A stretch of DNA of 64,000 nucleotides from Armatimonadota bacterium (GCA_046292385.1 JBKBRF010000028.1:30305-94304); one strand, 5' to 3'. Positions 54,118 to 63,744 are shown, numbered from the stretch's first letter. Notes: a model not told the origin generated them from the letters alone. Numbers and translations: made by a program.

Positions 54118-55220
54118 GCCGCCGCCATCTCCCGCCGCGCCGGCGCCTTCGGAGCGGCGCCGGCGATCCGGTCGAGGTACGCCCCGGAGCTCTGCCGGAG
54201 CGCTTCGATCCGCTGCAGCATCGCCGGATCGAGCGGCTGGTCGAGCCGCGTCTCGAATTGCTCCGGCGGGGTCGCCGGGGAGATGAGATGCTGCTCCCCG
54301 CCGACAGTCGCCATCAGGTTCTCCACCTTGATCGAGCGGTACGGCGTGACCTCGCAGACGAAGCGCTTCTCGTTCCGCAGGGCGAAGACGCAGCCGTGGA
54401 AGAAGTTGGTGACCACCGCCTCCGCACCCGCCATGAAGCGCGCGAACTCCAGCGGGCCGGCGGTGAGCCAGTGGCGGTCTGCCCAGGCGTTCCGGTAGCC
54501 GATGCTCACCAGCGGCAGACCGCGCGCCCCCGCCCAGCGGCGTGCCTGCCGCGCGAAGTGGTCCGAGAAGTTATGCCCGTAGACCGCCACGTACGGCGCC
54601 CCCGACCGGCGCCCGGACGGCCGGGGGCGCTCCAGCAGGCAGGGATCGAGCACCACCTCCGGCTCGACGCCGAGCGAGTTTCGGAGGTGCCACCAGGCGT
54701 TCTCGTCGCGGACCGAGATCGCCTCGAACCGGCGCAGGAAGCTCGGCCACGGCTCCCCCAGCCCTTCCCAGCAGTGATAGCTCCCGAAGCTGGCGGCGTA
54801 CGCGGTGAGCCGCCGCGCGCGCACCCCTACCCCGTAGAAGAGCCCGCAGTGGGAGTACCACGGGTGGCGGAGGTTCCAGACCTCGTCGCTGCCGACCACC
54901 ACGTGGTCGAACGGCTCCATCGTCTCCGGATGGTCCAGATCGAAGGGACGGGAGAGCGGCAGTGCGGCGAACGCGCGGAAGAACTTCTGCAGCTTCAGGC
55001 GGTAGAGGAGACGGTCTTCCCGAGGGACGGGGGTCGGCAGCGTGGGCCGGAGGGCGCAGCGCCACTCCGCGAAGTTGACGCGCCGTGACTGGTGGTCCAG
55101 CAGCACCGCGTCGTGCCCGCGAGCTTGCAGCGCCTCCACCAGGCAGCGCGCCTGCCAATAGCTTCCATAGTTGATGCAGCGGTGAAAAGTGAGAACGCCC
55201 GTCCGTTCCGGAGAATGCAT
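54114..55220 (-). CDS. Polysaccharide pyruvyl transferase family protein
   Basis: 'LTFH..NYGS..Q', 'VVGSDEVW', 'YAASFG', 'ISVRD', 'VLDP', 'VTNFFHG'. Confidence 0.88.
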   Translation of the reverse strand: MHSPERTGVLTFHRCINYGSYWQARCLVEALQARGHDAVLLDHQSRRVNFAEWRCALRPTLPTPVPREDRLLYRLKLQKFFRAFAALPLSRPFDLDHPETMEPFDHVVVGSDEVWNLRHPWYSHCGLFYGVGVRARRLTAYAASFGSYHCWEGLGEPWPSFLRRFEAISVRDENAWWHLRNSLGVEPEVVLDPCLLERPRPSGRRSGAPYVAVYGHNFSDHFARQARRWAGARGLPLVSIGYRNAWADRHWLTAGPLEFARFMAGAEAVVTNFFHGCVFALRNEKRFVCEVTPYRSIKVENLMATVGGEQHLISPATPPEQFETRLDQPLDPAMLQRIEALRQSSGAYLDRIAGAAPKAPARREMAAA

Positions 55221-55335
55221 AGCGGTCGGCAGCCCAGTAGCGGTCCGCGCCCCCGTAACCTCCTCGCGCGGTAATGACGGTCTTCCCGCGAACGGCGACC
55301 CGCCAACCGTGATCTATGCTGCTTCCCGAGCGTCC

Positions 55336-55566
55336 GAACCGGTGTAAGAAGGGAGATAAGGGGATGAGGGGGATTAAGGGGATGGAACTGGGGACGGGGA
55401 TGAATCTGGGCTCCGCTCTCCGGACGGGTCCGGGGTGCGGCCACGCAGCGGTCGCTGGGCTACGGCTGTTCTGCTCGCGGCATCCGCAGCGGCGCCGTAG
55501 AGCTTACTGGCCCGTTCCATCCCCTTATCCCCACTACATCCCCCTATCTCCTTTTCTTACACGTTC
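55336..55566. repeat. MITE-like element with imperfect terminal inverted repeats of about 55 bp
   Basis: Left GAACCGGTGTAAGAAGGGAGATAAGGGGATG...GGGGATGGAAC versus right GTTCCATCCCCTTATCCCC...CATCCCCCTATCTCCTTTTCTTACACGTTC. Confidence 0.7.
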
Positions 55567-55588
55567 TCACACGGTTACCACTGCAGCC

Positions 55589-57082
55589 TCACGCCAGGAG
55601 ATCTCGGATGATGCTGGCGTCCTGGGGACCGGTTAGGCGGTGGTCGAGGCCGCCGTAGAAGTAGGAGAGCTTGTGGTGATCCAGCCCCATCAAGTGCAGG
55701 ATCGTCGCGTGGAGGTCGCGGATGTGGGTGCGATTGACCGCTGCCTCGTGCCCCAGCTCATCCGTCTCGCCGTAGCTGGTACCGCCCTTGACGCCGCCGC
55801 CGGCCAGCCAGTAGGTAAAGCCCTTCGGGTTGTGATCGCGGCCGCCCTGGGTGCCCTGGGAGACCGGCTGGCGCCCGAACTCGCCGCCCCAGACGATCAG
55901 CGTCTCGTCGAGGAGCCCTCGCTGCTTCAGGTCGGTGATCAGCGCGGCGATCGGCTGGTCGATCTCCGGGCAGTGGATCTTCAGGTTCTCTTCCACCCCC
56001 TCGTGGGCGTCCCAGTTCTCCTGCTGGTGGCCGCCGCCGGAGTAGATCTGCACGAACCGGACCCCCCGCTCCACCAGCCGCCGGGCGGTGAGGCACTGCC
56101 GGCCGAAGACGGAGGGGCCGTAGGCCAGCCGGTGATCGGTCGGCTTGGGGACGTTCAGGCCGTACGCCTCCAGCGTCTTCTCGCTCTCGCCGGAGAGGTC
56201 CATCACCTCCGGCGCGGTGGTCTGGAGCTGGAACGCCAGCTCGTAGGAGGCGATGCGCGCCTGCAGCTCCGAGTAGCCGGGGCGGTCTTTCAGGTGCTCC
56301 TCGTTCAGCGCGTTCAGCGCGTCGATCTGCCGGCGCTGGTCGGAGCGGGAGAGGCCGGACTTTGGCGCCAGGTCGAGGATCGGCTCCCCCTTGTTCCGGA
56401 GGTGGGTGCCCTGGTAGGCGGCGGGCATGAAGCCGGCGGACCAGTTCGCCGCGCCGGAGATCGGGCCGCCGCGAGGATCGAGCATCACCACGTAGCCGGG
56501 CAGGTTCCGGTTGCTGCTGCCGAGGCCGTAAGTGACCCATGAGCCGAGCGACGGGTAGCCCTGGATGATCCGCCCGCTGTTCATCTGGATCATCGCGGAG
56601 CCGTGCGCGAAGGTGTCGGCGTAGAGGCTCTTCACCACGCAGAGCTCGTCCATGTGCTGCGAGAGGTGCGGGAAGGCGTCGCTGCACCAGAGCCCGGACT
56701 GGCCGTACTGCTTGAAGCTGCGCTTGGACGCGAGCAGCGTCTGCTTCTGGATCGAGCCGCGGCGGATCTCGATGTCGACCGACTGCCCGTCCCGCTTCTG
56801 GAGCTCCGGCTTGTAGTCGAAGGTATCCATCTGCGACGGGCCGCCGTATAGGAACAGGAAGATGACGTGCTTCGCCTTCGCCGGAAAGTGAGCCGGCCTC
56901 GGTGCCAGGGGCCCGCCGGCGCGCGCCGGCAGCTCCGCGGCGGCGGCATGGCGGGTGAAGAAGCCGTCCTGGTCCAGCAGCGAGGTGAGCGCCAGCCCCG
57001 CAAAGCCGGCCCCCATCTGCCACAGGAACTCCCGCCGGGTTCCGGCACACTTGCCGCCGCGGCGGCGCTGACCATCGTTCAT
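55589..57082 (-). CDS. DUF1501 domain-containing protein (Tat signal)
   Basis: 'TRREFL'; 'KAKHVIFLFLYGGPSQMDTFDYKP', 'ARRLVERGVRFVQ', 'WGGEFGR', 'GRDHNP'. Confidence 0.92.
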   Translation of the reverse strand: MNDGQRRRGGKCAGTRREFLWQMGAGFAGLALTSLLDQDGFFTRHAAAAELPARAGGPLAPRPAHFPAKAKHVIFLFLYGGPSQMDTFDYKPELQKRDGQSVDIEIRRGSIQKQTLLASKRSFKQYGQSGLWCSDAFPHLSQHMDELCVVKSLYADTFAHGSAMIQMNSGRIIQGYPSLGSWVTYGLGSSNRNLPGYVVMLDPRGGPISGAANWSAGFMPAAYQGTHLRNKGEPILDLAPKSGLSRSDQRRQIDALNALNEEHLKDRPGYSELQARIASYELAFQLQTTAPEVMDLSGESEKTLEAYGLNVPKPTDHRLAYGPSVFGRQCLTARRLVERGVRFVQIYSGGGHQQENWDAHEGVEENLKIHCPEIDQPIAALITDLKQRGLLDETLIVWGGEFGRQPVSQGTQGGRDHNPKGFTYWLAGGGVKGGTSYGETDELGHEAAVNRTHIRDLHATILHLMGLDHHKLSYFYGGLDHRLTGPQDASIIRDLLA

Positions 57083-57175
57083 CGGACGTTCTCCACGATC
57101 GATCCCAGGTGGGAGTGAGCTCCCCGGTTTGGCTCCGGCGGGGGTCAACCCCCGCCGATCGGTAGCCTGTTGCCG

Positions 57176-59485
57176 CTAATCCACGTAGACGAATTCGTTC
57201 AGGTTCAGCAGCACTTTGCAGAAGGCGGTGAGCGCCTTCTGCTCTGCCTCAGCCGGGCTCGTGTCCGCGGCGCACGCGGTGCGCTGCCGTTCCAGGTACT
57301 CCCGCGCGATCTGCGCCTCGCGGACGGTGGGGCGGCGGGAGGTCGCCAGGCGGAAGCCGAGCTCGATCTGCCGGGCGGCGTCCGCGCCCGCTTCCCGCCG
57401 CAGCCGCTCCGCGAAGGCCGCCGCCTGCTCATCCATGAAGGCGCTGTTCAGCAGGATCAGCGCCTGCGGCGCGATGGTGGTGGTGGCGCGGGAGGCGATG
57501 GAGCTGTCGGTGGTGGCGACGTCGAACGCTTCCAGGATCGGCACGCCGAGCGTCCGCTTCAGGAAGATGTAGACGCTGCGGCGGGTGCGCTCCTCCTCGT
57601 TCGACTGGTCCCAGCCTCTGCCGGGCGCCGACTGCGTGGAGAGCACCTCCGGCGGCAGCGCGGGGAAGATCCCCCGCCCGCCCATCTGGAGGTTCAGCTT
57701 GCCGCTGGTCCAGAGGATCGAGTCCCGGATCGCCTCCGCCTCCAGGCGCCGCATGTTCTGCCGCCAGAGAAGCGTGTTGCCGGGATCGACCGCCACCCCG
57801 CGGGGGTTGGTGACCCGGGAGCGCTGACGGTAGGTGGAGGAGAGCATCACCTGCCGGATCAGCGGCTTCAGGCGCCAGCCGCCCCTGACCAGCTCGGTGG
57901 CCAGGTGGTCCAACAGCTCCGGATGGGTCGGCGCGGTGCCGGTGCGGCCGAAGTCGTTCGGGGTGGCGACGATTCCCTTTCCGAACAGGTGCTGCCAGAC
58001 CCGGTTGGCGGCGACGCGCGCCGTGAGCGGGTGCTCCGCGCTGGCGAGCCACTCCGCCAGCACGCGCCGGCGCCCGGTGGTGCGGCCGTTCGGGGACTGC
58101 GCGGGCAGCTCCGGCTTCGCTTCCTGCTCACTATCGCAGAGAACCGCGGGGAAGAGGGGGCCGACCTCCGGACCCGGCGTGGCGGCATTGCCGCGGATCA
58201 GCACTTCGGTCTTGAGCGGCTGGGGGCCGACCTCGTGGACTGCCAGCGTCTTCCCGCCCGCCTTCAGCGCGGCGAAGATCGCCTGGTCCGCCTCCTTGTC
58301 GTCCGGCTTGGTGTAGCGGCGGACGTTGCGGATGAAGGCGAGGAGGCCGTAGTACTCCCTGGCGGAGATCGGGTCGAACTTGTGGTCGTGGCAGCGGGCG
58401 CAGCCGACGGTGAGCCCCATGAACGCCTGCCCCATGGTGGCGAGCACGTCGTCCAGGTTGTCGAACTCCGCCTGCTTCGCGTCGTCCGGCTCGTCGTCCC
58501 ACACGCCCAGCCGGTAGAAGGCGGTCGCGGTGACCGTCTCATCGGTGACCTGCGGCAGCTCATCGCCCGCGATCTGCTCCTTGACGAACTGGTCGTACGG
58601 CTTGTCGTCGTTGAAGCTCCGGATCACGTAGTCGCGGTAGCGCCAGGCGAACGGCTTCTCGTCGTCCCGCTCGTAGCCGTTCGTCTGCGCGTACCGGGCG
58701 ACGTCGAGCCAGTGGCGGCCCCACCGCTCGCCGAACTGGGGCATGGCGAGGAGGCGGTCGACTACCTTCTCGAATGCTTCCGGCGAGGCATCCGCCAGGA
58801 AGGCGTCGACCTCCGCGGGCGACGGCGGCAGGCCGATCAGGTCGAAGTAGGCGCGGCGGATCAGCTCCCGCTTCGGCGCGCCGATCGCCGGCTTCAGCCC
58901 CTTGGCCTCGAGCTTCGAGAGCACGAAGGCGTCGATGGGACTTCGCGCCCAGGCCGCGTTCTTCACCTTCGGCACGGCCGGCTTGCGCACCGGCTGGAAC
59001 GACCAGTGCGCCCGCGCCTGCGGGCCGGCGGGGTCGTCCTTCTCCGCGGGGGCCGCCCCGCGGCCGGCGGGACCGGGCCACGGCGCGCCGAGCCGGATCC
59101 AGGCCGCCACGTCCTCGATCTGCCCCGGCTTCAGCTTCGCCTGCGGCGGCATCTTGACCGGGCCGTCGTAGTGCAGCACCTTCAGCAGCAGGCTCTGCTC
59201 CGGGGCGCCGTCCACCACCACCGGGCCGGAGTCGCCGCCTTTCCGCAGCCCCGCCGCCGTATCGAGCCGGAGCCCCCCTTTCGGGCTCTTCTCGTTATGG
59301 CAGGCGACGCATTGCTGCACCAGCAGCGGCCGGATGCGGCTCTCGAAGAAGCGGATCCCCTCCGCGCTCGGCACCGCGCCCGCGGCGGGAGTACCTGCCG
59401 CCGGCTTCGGAGCCTCCTCCGCGCCAACCAGCACCGCGCCCGACCCGAGCGCCAGCCCCAGCGTCACCCCGTAAAGCCACCGCAT
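57176..59485 (-). CDS. Planctomycete cytochrome c / DUF1549 / DUF1553 (PSD1) protein
   Basis: Signal peptide; CxxCH 'CVACH' and 'CARCHDHKFDPI'; 'GERWGRHWLDVARY', 'PTHPELLD', 'RRLEAEAIRD'. Confidence 0.93.
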   Translation of the reverse strand: MRWLYGVTLGLALGSGAVLVGAEEAPKPAAGTPAAGAVPSAEGIRFFESRIRPLLVQQCVACHNEKSPKGGLRLDTAAGLRKGGDSGPVVVDGAPEQSLLLKVLHYDGPVKMPPQAKLKPGQIEDVAAWIRLGAPWPGPAGRGAAPAEKDDPAGPQARAHWSFQPVRKPAVPKVKNAAWARSPIDAFVLSKLEAKGLKPAIGAPKRELIRRAYFDLIGLPPSPAEVDAFLADASPEAFEKVVDRLLAMPQFGERWGRHWLDVARYAQTNGYERDDEKPFAWRYRDYVIRSFNDDKPYDQFVKEQIAGDELPQVTDETVTATAFYRLGVWDDEPDDAKQAEFDNLDDVLATMGQAFMGLTVGCARCHDHKFDPISAREYYGLLAFIRNVRRYTKPDDKEADQAIFAALKAGGKTLAVHEVGPQPLKTEVLIRGNAATPGPEVGPLFPAVLCDSEQEAKPELPAQSPNGRTTGRRRVLAEWLASAEHPLTARVAANRVWQHLFGKGIVATPNDFGRTGTAPTHPELLDHLATELVRGGWRLKPLIRQVMLSSTYRQRSRVTNPRGVAVDPGNTLLWRQNMRRLEAEAIRDSILWTSGKLNLQMGGRGIFPALPPEVLSTQSAPGRGWDQSNEEERTRRSVYIFLKRTLGVPILEAFDVATTDSSIASRATTTIAPQALILLNSAFMDEQAAAFAERLRREAGADAARQIELGFRLATSRRPTVREAQIAREYLERQRTACAADTSPAEAEQKALTAFCKVLLNLNEFVYVD

Positions 59486-59749
59486 CGCGACCCCGTCTCC
59501 GTTCCCTAGCTCCGGCCGATCCAGCTCTCAGGACACGCGGAAGGCGCTCGGTGTCGCCCGTTCTTCACCTGCAGTGCCCTTGGTTGATTGTTGCGCGAGA
59601 CAGCGCGGCTGCCCCGCTCGCGCGGCCGGGAAATTGAGACACCGCCGCACCCGGGAGGTTGTGGCCAGTTCGGCACGTTCAGATGCGGCAGGCGCGGCTT
59701 TCCGGTGTGACGGCTGCTTCCTGCGGGGCCTCACTCCCGCCCGGTCTTT

Positions 59750-59835
59750 GAGAAAGAGAAGGAGAACGAGAAGGAGTAGGAGCGTCCGCAGCCGGTGGTT
59801 CGGACTCATCCCTCATCGCTCAGCCTTCATCCCTC
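59750..59835 (-). repeat. GAGGGAT-heptamer composite 3'-end element, copy 3
   Basis: Reverse complement AGGGATGAAGGCTGAGCGATGAGGGATGAGTCCGAACC...CGCTCCTACTCCTTCTCGTTCTCCTTCTCTTTCTC closely matches 21787-21886. Confidence 0.8.
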
Positions 59836-60074
59836 TGTGACGCCGCCGCCTCCTCCACTGTCAACTGCCGGCCCTCGAGCTTCAAGCCGTCCATCTTACG
59901 GATCGCGTCGAGGGCGGTTTCGTCCGGCACGCGGACGAAGCCGAAGCCGCGGGGGTGGCCGTCCGAGTCGAGCGGGACCTTGGCGGTGAGGGAGTTGAAG
60001 GGGCGGAAGAGCTGGAACAGCTCGTACTCCGACGTGGTCTCCGGGAGGTTTCCGACGAATAGCTTCTTGCTCAT
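59820..60074 (-). CDS. RRM RNA-binding protein
   Basis: RNP2 'KLFVGNL', RNP1 'RGFGFV', 'GRQLTVEEA'; AAAGGAAA RBS. Confidence 0.92.
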   Translation of the reverse strand: MSKKLFVGNLPETTSEYELFQLFRPFNSLTAKVPLDSDGHPRGFGFVRVPDETALDAIRKMDGLKLEGRQLTVEEAAASQRDEG

Positions 60075-60115
60075 CCAGTTTCCTTTCTTCGAACGGCGGG
60101 CCGAGTGCCCGCCCC

Positions 60116-60150
60116 GGTTTTAATATATACGAATTATTGGTATAATAAAG
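60116..60150. promoter_or_regulatory. AT-rich divergent promoter region with extended -10 (TGgTATAAT) on + strand
   Basis: TATAAT at 60141-60146 preceded by TG, in an AT-rich island between divergent genes. Confidence 0.65.
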
Positions 60151-60157
60151 CTGGCGT

Positions 60158-60652
60158 ATGAGCACGCCGGCTGGCCCGATGAAAGGAGGCGAGGTCCCGC
60201 TGCTCCCGGTGGGACGGATCATGGCACAGGAACAGCAGACGGCCGAACTGGCTCCGAACACCTTCTACCGGCGGCACCTGCCCGGTACCGACTTCTCCCT
60301 CGAGGCGAACACGCGCGAGGTCCCCAAGAAGGGCTGCTTCTATCTCCTCAAGCGAGGCGGGGTGGTCTTCAGCAGCCCCAAGTTCCCCGAAGCGCTCCAC
60401 GCCTACCACGAGCTCTGCCAGAGCTACTGGGAGGAGCGGCTGGAAGCGGACGATGCTACCGAGCGGCTCACGGCGGCGTGGGGACTGCTCGGCATCGATC
60501 CCGACCATAAGGTCGCCGCGGAGATCATCCGCGAAGAAGGAGAGCCGGACGAGAAGAAGCGCCTGGAGGGAATCCGCCGGCGCAACGCCGCCATGAAGCG
60601 CAAGCGCGCCATGATGTCGCGCCGCAAGAAGAGCGAAGCCACCGCCGCGTAG
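60158..60652 (+). CDS. Hypothetical protein with basic C-terminal tail
   Basis: Host-like codon usage; start uncertain (60158, 60179 or 60221). Confidence 0.7.
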   Translation: MSTPAGPMKGGEVPLLPVGRIMAQEQQTAELAPNTFYRRHLPGTDFSLEANTREVPKKGCFYLLKRGGVVFSSPKFPEALHAYHELCQSYWEERLEADDATERLTAAWGLLGIDPDHKVAAEIIREEGEPDEKKRLEGIRRRNAAMKRKRAMMSRRKKSEATAA

Positions 60653-60907
60653 CGGTGGCGATTGTTCTCTCCCCGTACGACTCGCCGATGACCACGATGG
60701 GATGGGACGGGGCGAGGCCGACGGTATCCCGGGCTTCGCCCCTTCCGCTCTACTTCGCTTCCCAGTAGCGATCCCGCTGCCCTACAGAAGGACCCTGGCT
60801 GCTCGGCGTGAGCCTCCCGGGAGTGCGGGAATGCTTCTTCCGAGAGAGGGTGCCCCCTTCTCATCCTGGCGGGGGCGCTCCACTCGCGGGGGCGCAAGGG
60901 GACAGAG

Positions 60908-62143
60908 ATGAGCGAAGAGAGTGCCCGTGCCAGCGGCACGGTGGCGGCCGAAGAGAACAGCGATCAGTTGGCAGAGCAGAGTGCGGCGGGCGAGGCGGAT
61001 GCGATCACGCAGCTCTACCAGGAACAGCACCACGTTCCGGCGGAAGCTGCGCCCGCTCGCGAAGTCGGGGCAGCGGGGACGCCGGCCTTAGGCTATGCCG
61101 CCACCAGCCCCTCGTCCCCGCTGGAGCCGTTCTCTTTCACGCGGCGCGACCTCGGTCCGCGCGACGTGGAGATCGAGATCCTCTACTGCGGCGTCTGCCA
61201 CTCCGACCTCCACACGGCGCGGGGAGAATGGGGCGGCACCATCTACCCCGTGGTGCCGGGTCACGAGATCGTCGGACGCGTGCAGCGGGTCGGCGGCCGC
61301 GTCACCCGGTTCCGGGAAGGCGACCTGGCGGGGGTCGGGTGCATGGTCGACTCGTGCCGCACCTGCAAGAACTGCCGCGACGGCCTGGAGCAGTTCTGCG
61401 ACGGCGAGCTGATCCTGACCTACAACAGCCCGGAGCGGCAGACCGGCGGCGTGACCTACGGCGGCTACTCCGACCGGATCGTGGTGGACGAGCACTTCGT
61501 CTTGCGGATCTCCGACCGGCTCGATCCCGCGGGAGCGGCGCCGCTGCTCTGCGCGGGGATCACCACCTATTCTCCGCTCCGGCACTGGAAGGTGGGGCCG
61601 GGGCAGAAGGTCGGCATCGTCGGCCTGGGCGGGCTGGGGCACATGGGGGTGAAGCTCGCCCACGCTTTCGGCGCCCACACCGTGCTCTTCACCACCAGCC
61701 CGAGCAAGGCGCAGGACGCCTGGCGGCTGGGTGCGGACGAGGTGGTGATCTCCCGGAATGAAGACGAGATGCAGGCGCACGCCAACAGCTTCGACTTCAT
61801 CCTCGATACCGTAGCGGCCCCTCACAACCTGGATGCCTACACCTCGCTGCTGCGGCGGGACGGCACGCTCTGCCTGGTGGGTCTGCCGGAGCACCCGCAC
61901 CCTTCGCCCAGCGTCGCCAACCTGATCTTCAAGCGCCGCAGCATCGCCGGCTCGCTGATCGGCAGCATCGCGGAGACGCAGGAGATGCTCGACTTCTGCG
62001 CGGAGCATGGGATCACGTCCGACATCGTGCTGATCCCGATTCAGGAGATCAACGAGGCGTACGAGCGGATGCTGCGGAGCGATGTGAAGTACCGGTTCGT
62101 GATCGACATGGCGTCGCTGCGAGAAGAGCGTGCGGGGGCGTAG
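60908..62143 (+). CDS. Zn-dependent NAD(P)H alcohol/aldehyde dehydrogenase (YahK/AdhC-like)
   Basis: 'YCGVCHSD', 'PGHEIVG', 'C..C..C.......C', 'APLLCAGITT', 'GLGGLGH', 'KYRFVID'. Confidence 0.93.
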   Translation: MSEESARASGTVAAEENSDQLAEQSAAGEADAITQLYQEQHHVPAEAAPAREVGAAGTPALGYAATSPSSPLEPFSFTRRDLGPRDVEIEILYCGVCHSDLHTARGEWGGTIYPVVPGHEIVGRVQRVGGRVTRFREGDLAGVGCMVDSCRTCKNCRDGLEQFCDGELILTYNSPERQTGGVTYGGYSDRIVVDEHFVLRISDRLDPAGAAPLLCAGITTYSPLRHWKVGPGQKVGIVGLGGLGHMGVKLAHAFGAHTVLFTTSPSKAQDAWRLGADEVVISRNEDEMQAHANSFDFILDTVAAPHNLDAYTSLLRRDGTLCLVGLPEHPHPSPSVANLIFKRRSIAGSLIGSIAETQEMLDFCAEHGITSDIVLIPIQEINEAYERMLRSDVKYRFVIDMASLREERAGA

Positions 62144-62341
62144 GCTCTCCACGCGCAGCGAGAGCGAACTGGAGGGGCACCAGGAGCCTCATCGAGTTGT
62201 CGGGGACACGCCGGAGCACCCGGTCGCCAGCGAACAGGAGCAGGACCGGGAGAGAAAGGCAATCTCGGGGCGGGCGGCGAACTGCCTCTCGTCTGCGCCT
62301 TGCGCGCCTGTGGACACTCCTTTTCCTCGAGGTAACTTTTG

Positions 62342-63340
62342 ATGAAGCGGTATAGTCGAAGCGGATTCATGCTGCTGGCCGCGCTCGGGCTCCTGACCTG
62401 CGGCCTCGCCAGCCCGGCGATGAGCCTGGCGCAGGGGCAGGCGAGCTACACCAACGTCCCCAACTTCTTCCCGGCCCAGCCGGACAACCAGCTCCTCGGG
62501 CCGACCCACGGCGGCGCGGCGATCGACCGGGCCGGCAACGTCTACATCAGCACCGATACGCCGCGCGGAATCGTGGTGTTCGGACCGGACGGTAAGTACC
62601 TCCGCCACTTCGGCCCCTCCATGATCCACGGCCTGCACCTGCAGCGCGAGGCGGACGGCGAGTATCTTTACGCGGCCCGGCCCAGCGCGCACGAGGTGGT
62701 AAAGATCAAGACCGACGGCACCACGGTCTGGACGATGGGCTATCCCGAGGCGGCCGGGATCTACACCAAGGCGGACGAGTTCAACCCGACCAACGTGGTG
62801 GCGCTGCGGGACGGGACGATCTTCGTGGCGGACGGCTACGGCAAGAACTTCATCCACAAGTTCGACAAGGACCGCAAGTACGTGAAGTCGTTCGGCGGCC
62901 CCGGCGGCAACCCGGCGGAGGAAGGTAAGTTCCACCGCTGCCACGGGCTGGCGGTCGACCGCCGCGGTGACACCCCGCTGCTGGTGGTCTGCAACCGGGA
63001 GACCGGCCGCGTGGAGCACTGGGATACGGACGGCAACCTGGTGAAGGTGCTGCTCCGCGACCTCCGCATGCCGGCGGCGGCGGTGGTCCGCGGCGACTAC
63101 ATCGCCATCGCGGAGCTCCAGGGGCGGGTGACGGTGCTGGGGAAGGACAACAGCATCGCCGCCCAGATCGGCGACAACCCGAAGGCGGAGCAGCGCGCCA
63201 ACTTCGGCCTGGAGCCGGAGCAGTGGACCGACGGCATCTGCAACTCCCCGCACGCCGTGGCGTTCGACCGCGAGGGCAACCTGGTGGTGGCGGAGTGGAG
63301 CAAGTTCGGCCGGCTCCACAAGTTCAACCGCGCGCGCTAA
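62342..63340 (+). CDS. Secreted NHL-repeat beta-propeller protein
   Basis: Signal peptide; 'PTNVV', 'IFVADGYG', 'CHGLAVD', 'CNRE', 'SPHAVAFD'. Confidence 0.82.
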   Translation: MKRYSRSGFMLLAALGLLTCGLASPAMSLAQGQASYTNVPNFFPAQPDNQLLGPTHGGAAIDRAGNVYISTDTPRGIVVFGPDGKYLRHFGPSMIHGLHLQREADGEYLYAARPSAHEVVKIKTDGTTVWTMGYPEAAGIYTKADEFNPTNVVALRDGTIFVADGYGKNFIHKFDKDRKYVKSFGGPGGNPAEEGKFHRCHGLAVDRRGDTPLLVVCNRETGRVEHWDTDGNLVKVLLRDLRMPAAAVVRGDYIAIAELQGRVTVLGKDNSIAAQIGDNPKAEQRANFGLEPEQWTDGICNSPHAVAFDREGNLVVAEWSKFGRLHKFNRAR

Positions 63341-63372
63341 CGCGGCGGACCGATCGCTGGAGAAGAACCCTG

Positions 63373-63404
63373 CGGGGGCCGGCACTGCCGGCCCCCGTCG
63401 TTTC
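63373..63404 (+). terminator. Hairpin after the NHL gene
   Basis: CGGGGGCCGGC-ACT-GCCGGCCCCCG followed by a short T tract. Confidence 0.5.
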
Positions 63405-63512
63405 TCAGCGAGCCCCCATTCTCTCCGGAGAAGAGCCGTTCGCCCGGAGTAGGACGTCAGTAGTTCCAGGTTCTCAGTGTGGCCGGTTCGAGCCTCGAGA
63501 GCCCGCGGGCCA

Positions 63513-63708
63513 GCGAGGCATCGAAATACCTCGCTGGACGGCCTACGGCCACGCGTCCTCCGGACGCCCTGTTGGCGGCAGGTGGGTCCTCCCGTCGAAG
63601 AGCGAACTGTTACCCGGTCCATTAAAGGGTCCGCTGGAGTGATTGGCCGCTTTCGCCTCGGACTAAAGTCGAGGCTACACGGAGCGAAGCCCGCCTTCGC
63701 GGGCTCAG
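63513..63708. repeat. REP-like cluster (GTAG-palindrome type), shared with 37387-37495
   Basis: GCGAGGCATCGAAATACCTCGC (63513-63534) and CGCCTCGGACTAAAGTCGAGGCTAC...AGCGAAGCCCGCCTTCGCGGGCTCAG (63654-63708). Confidence 0.75.
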
Positions 63709-63744
63709 AACTCCACTGAAAAACGTGTCCGTGACTTCCCGCAA

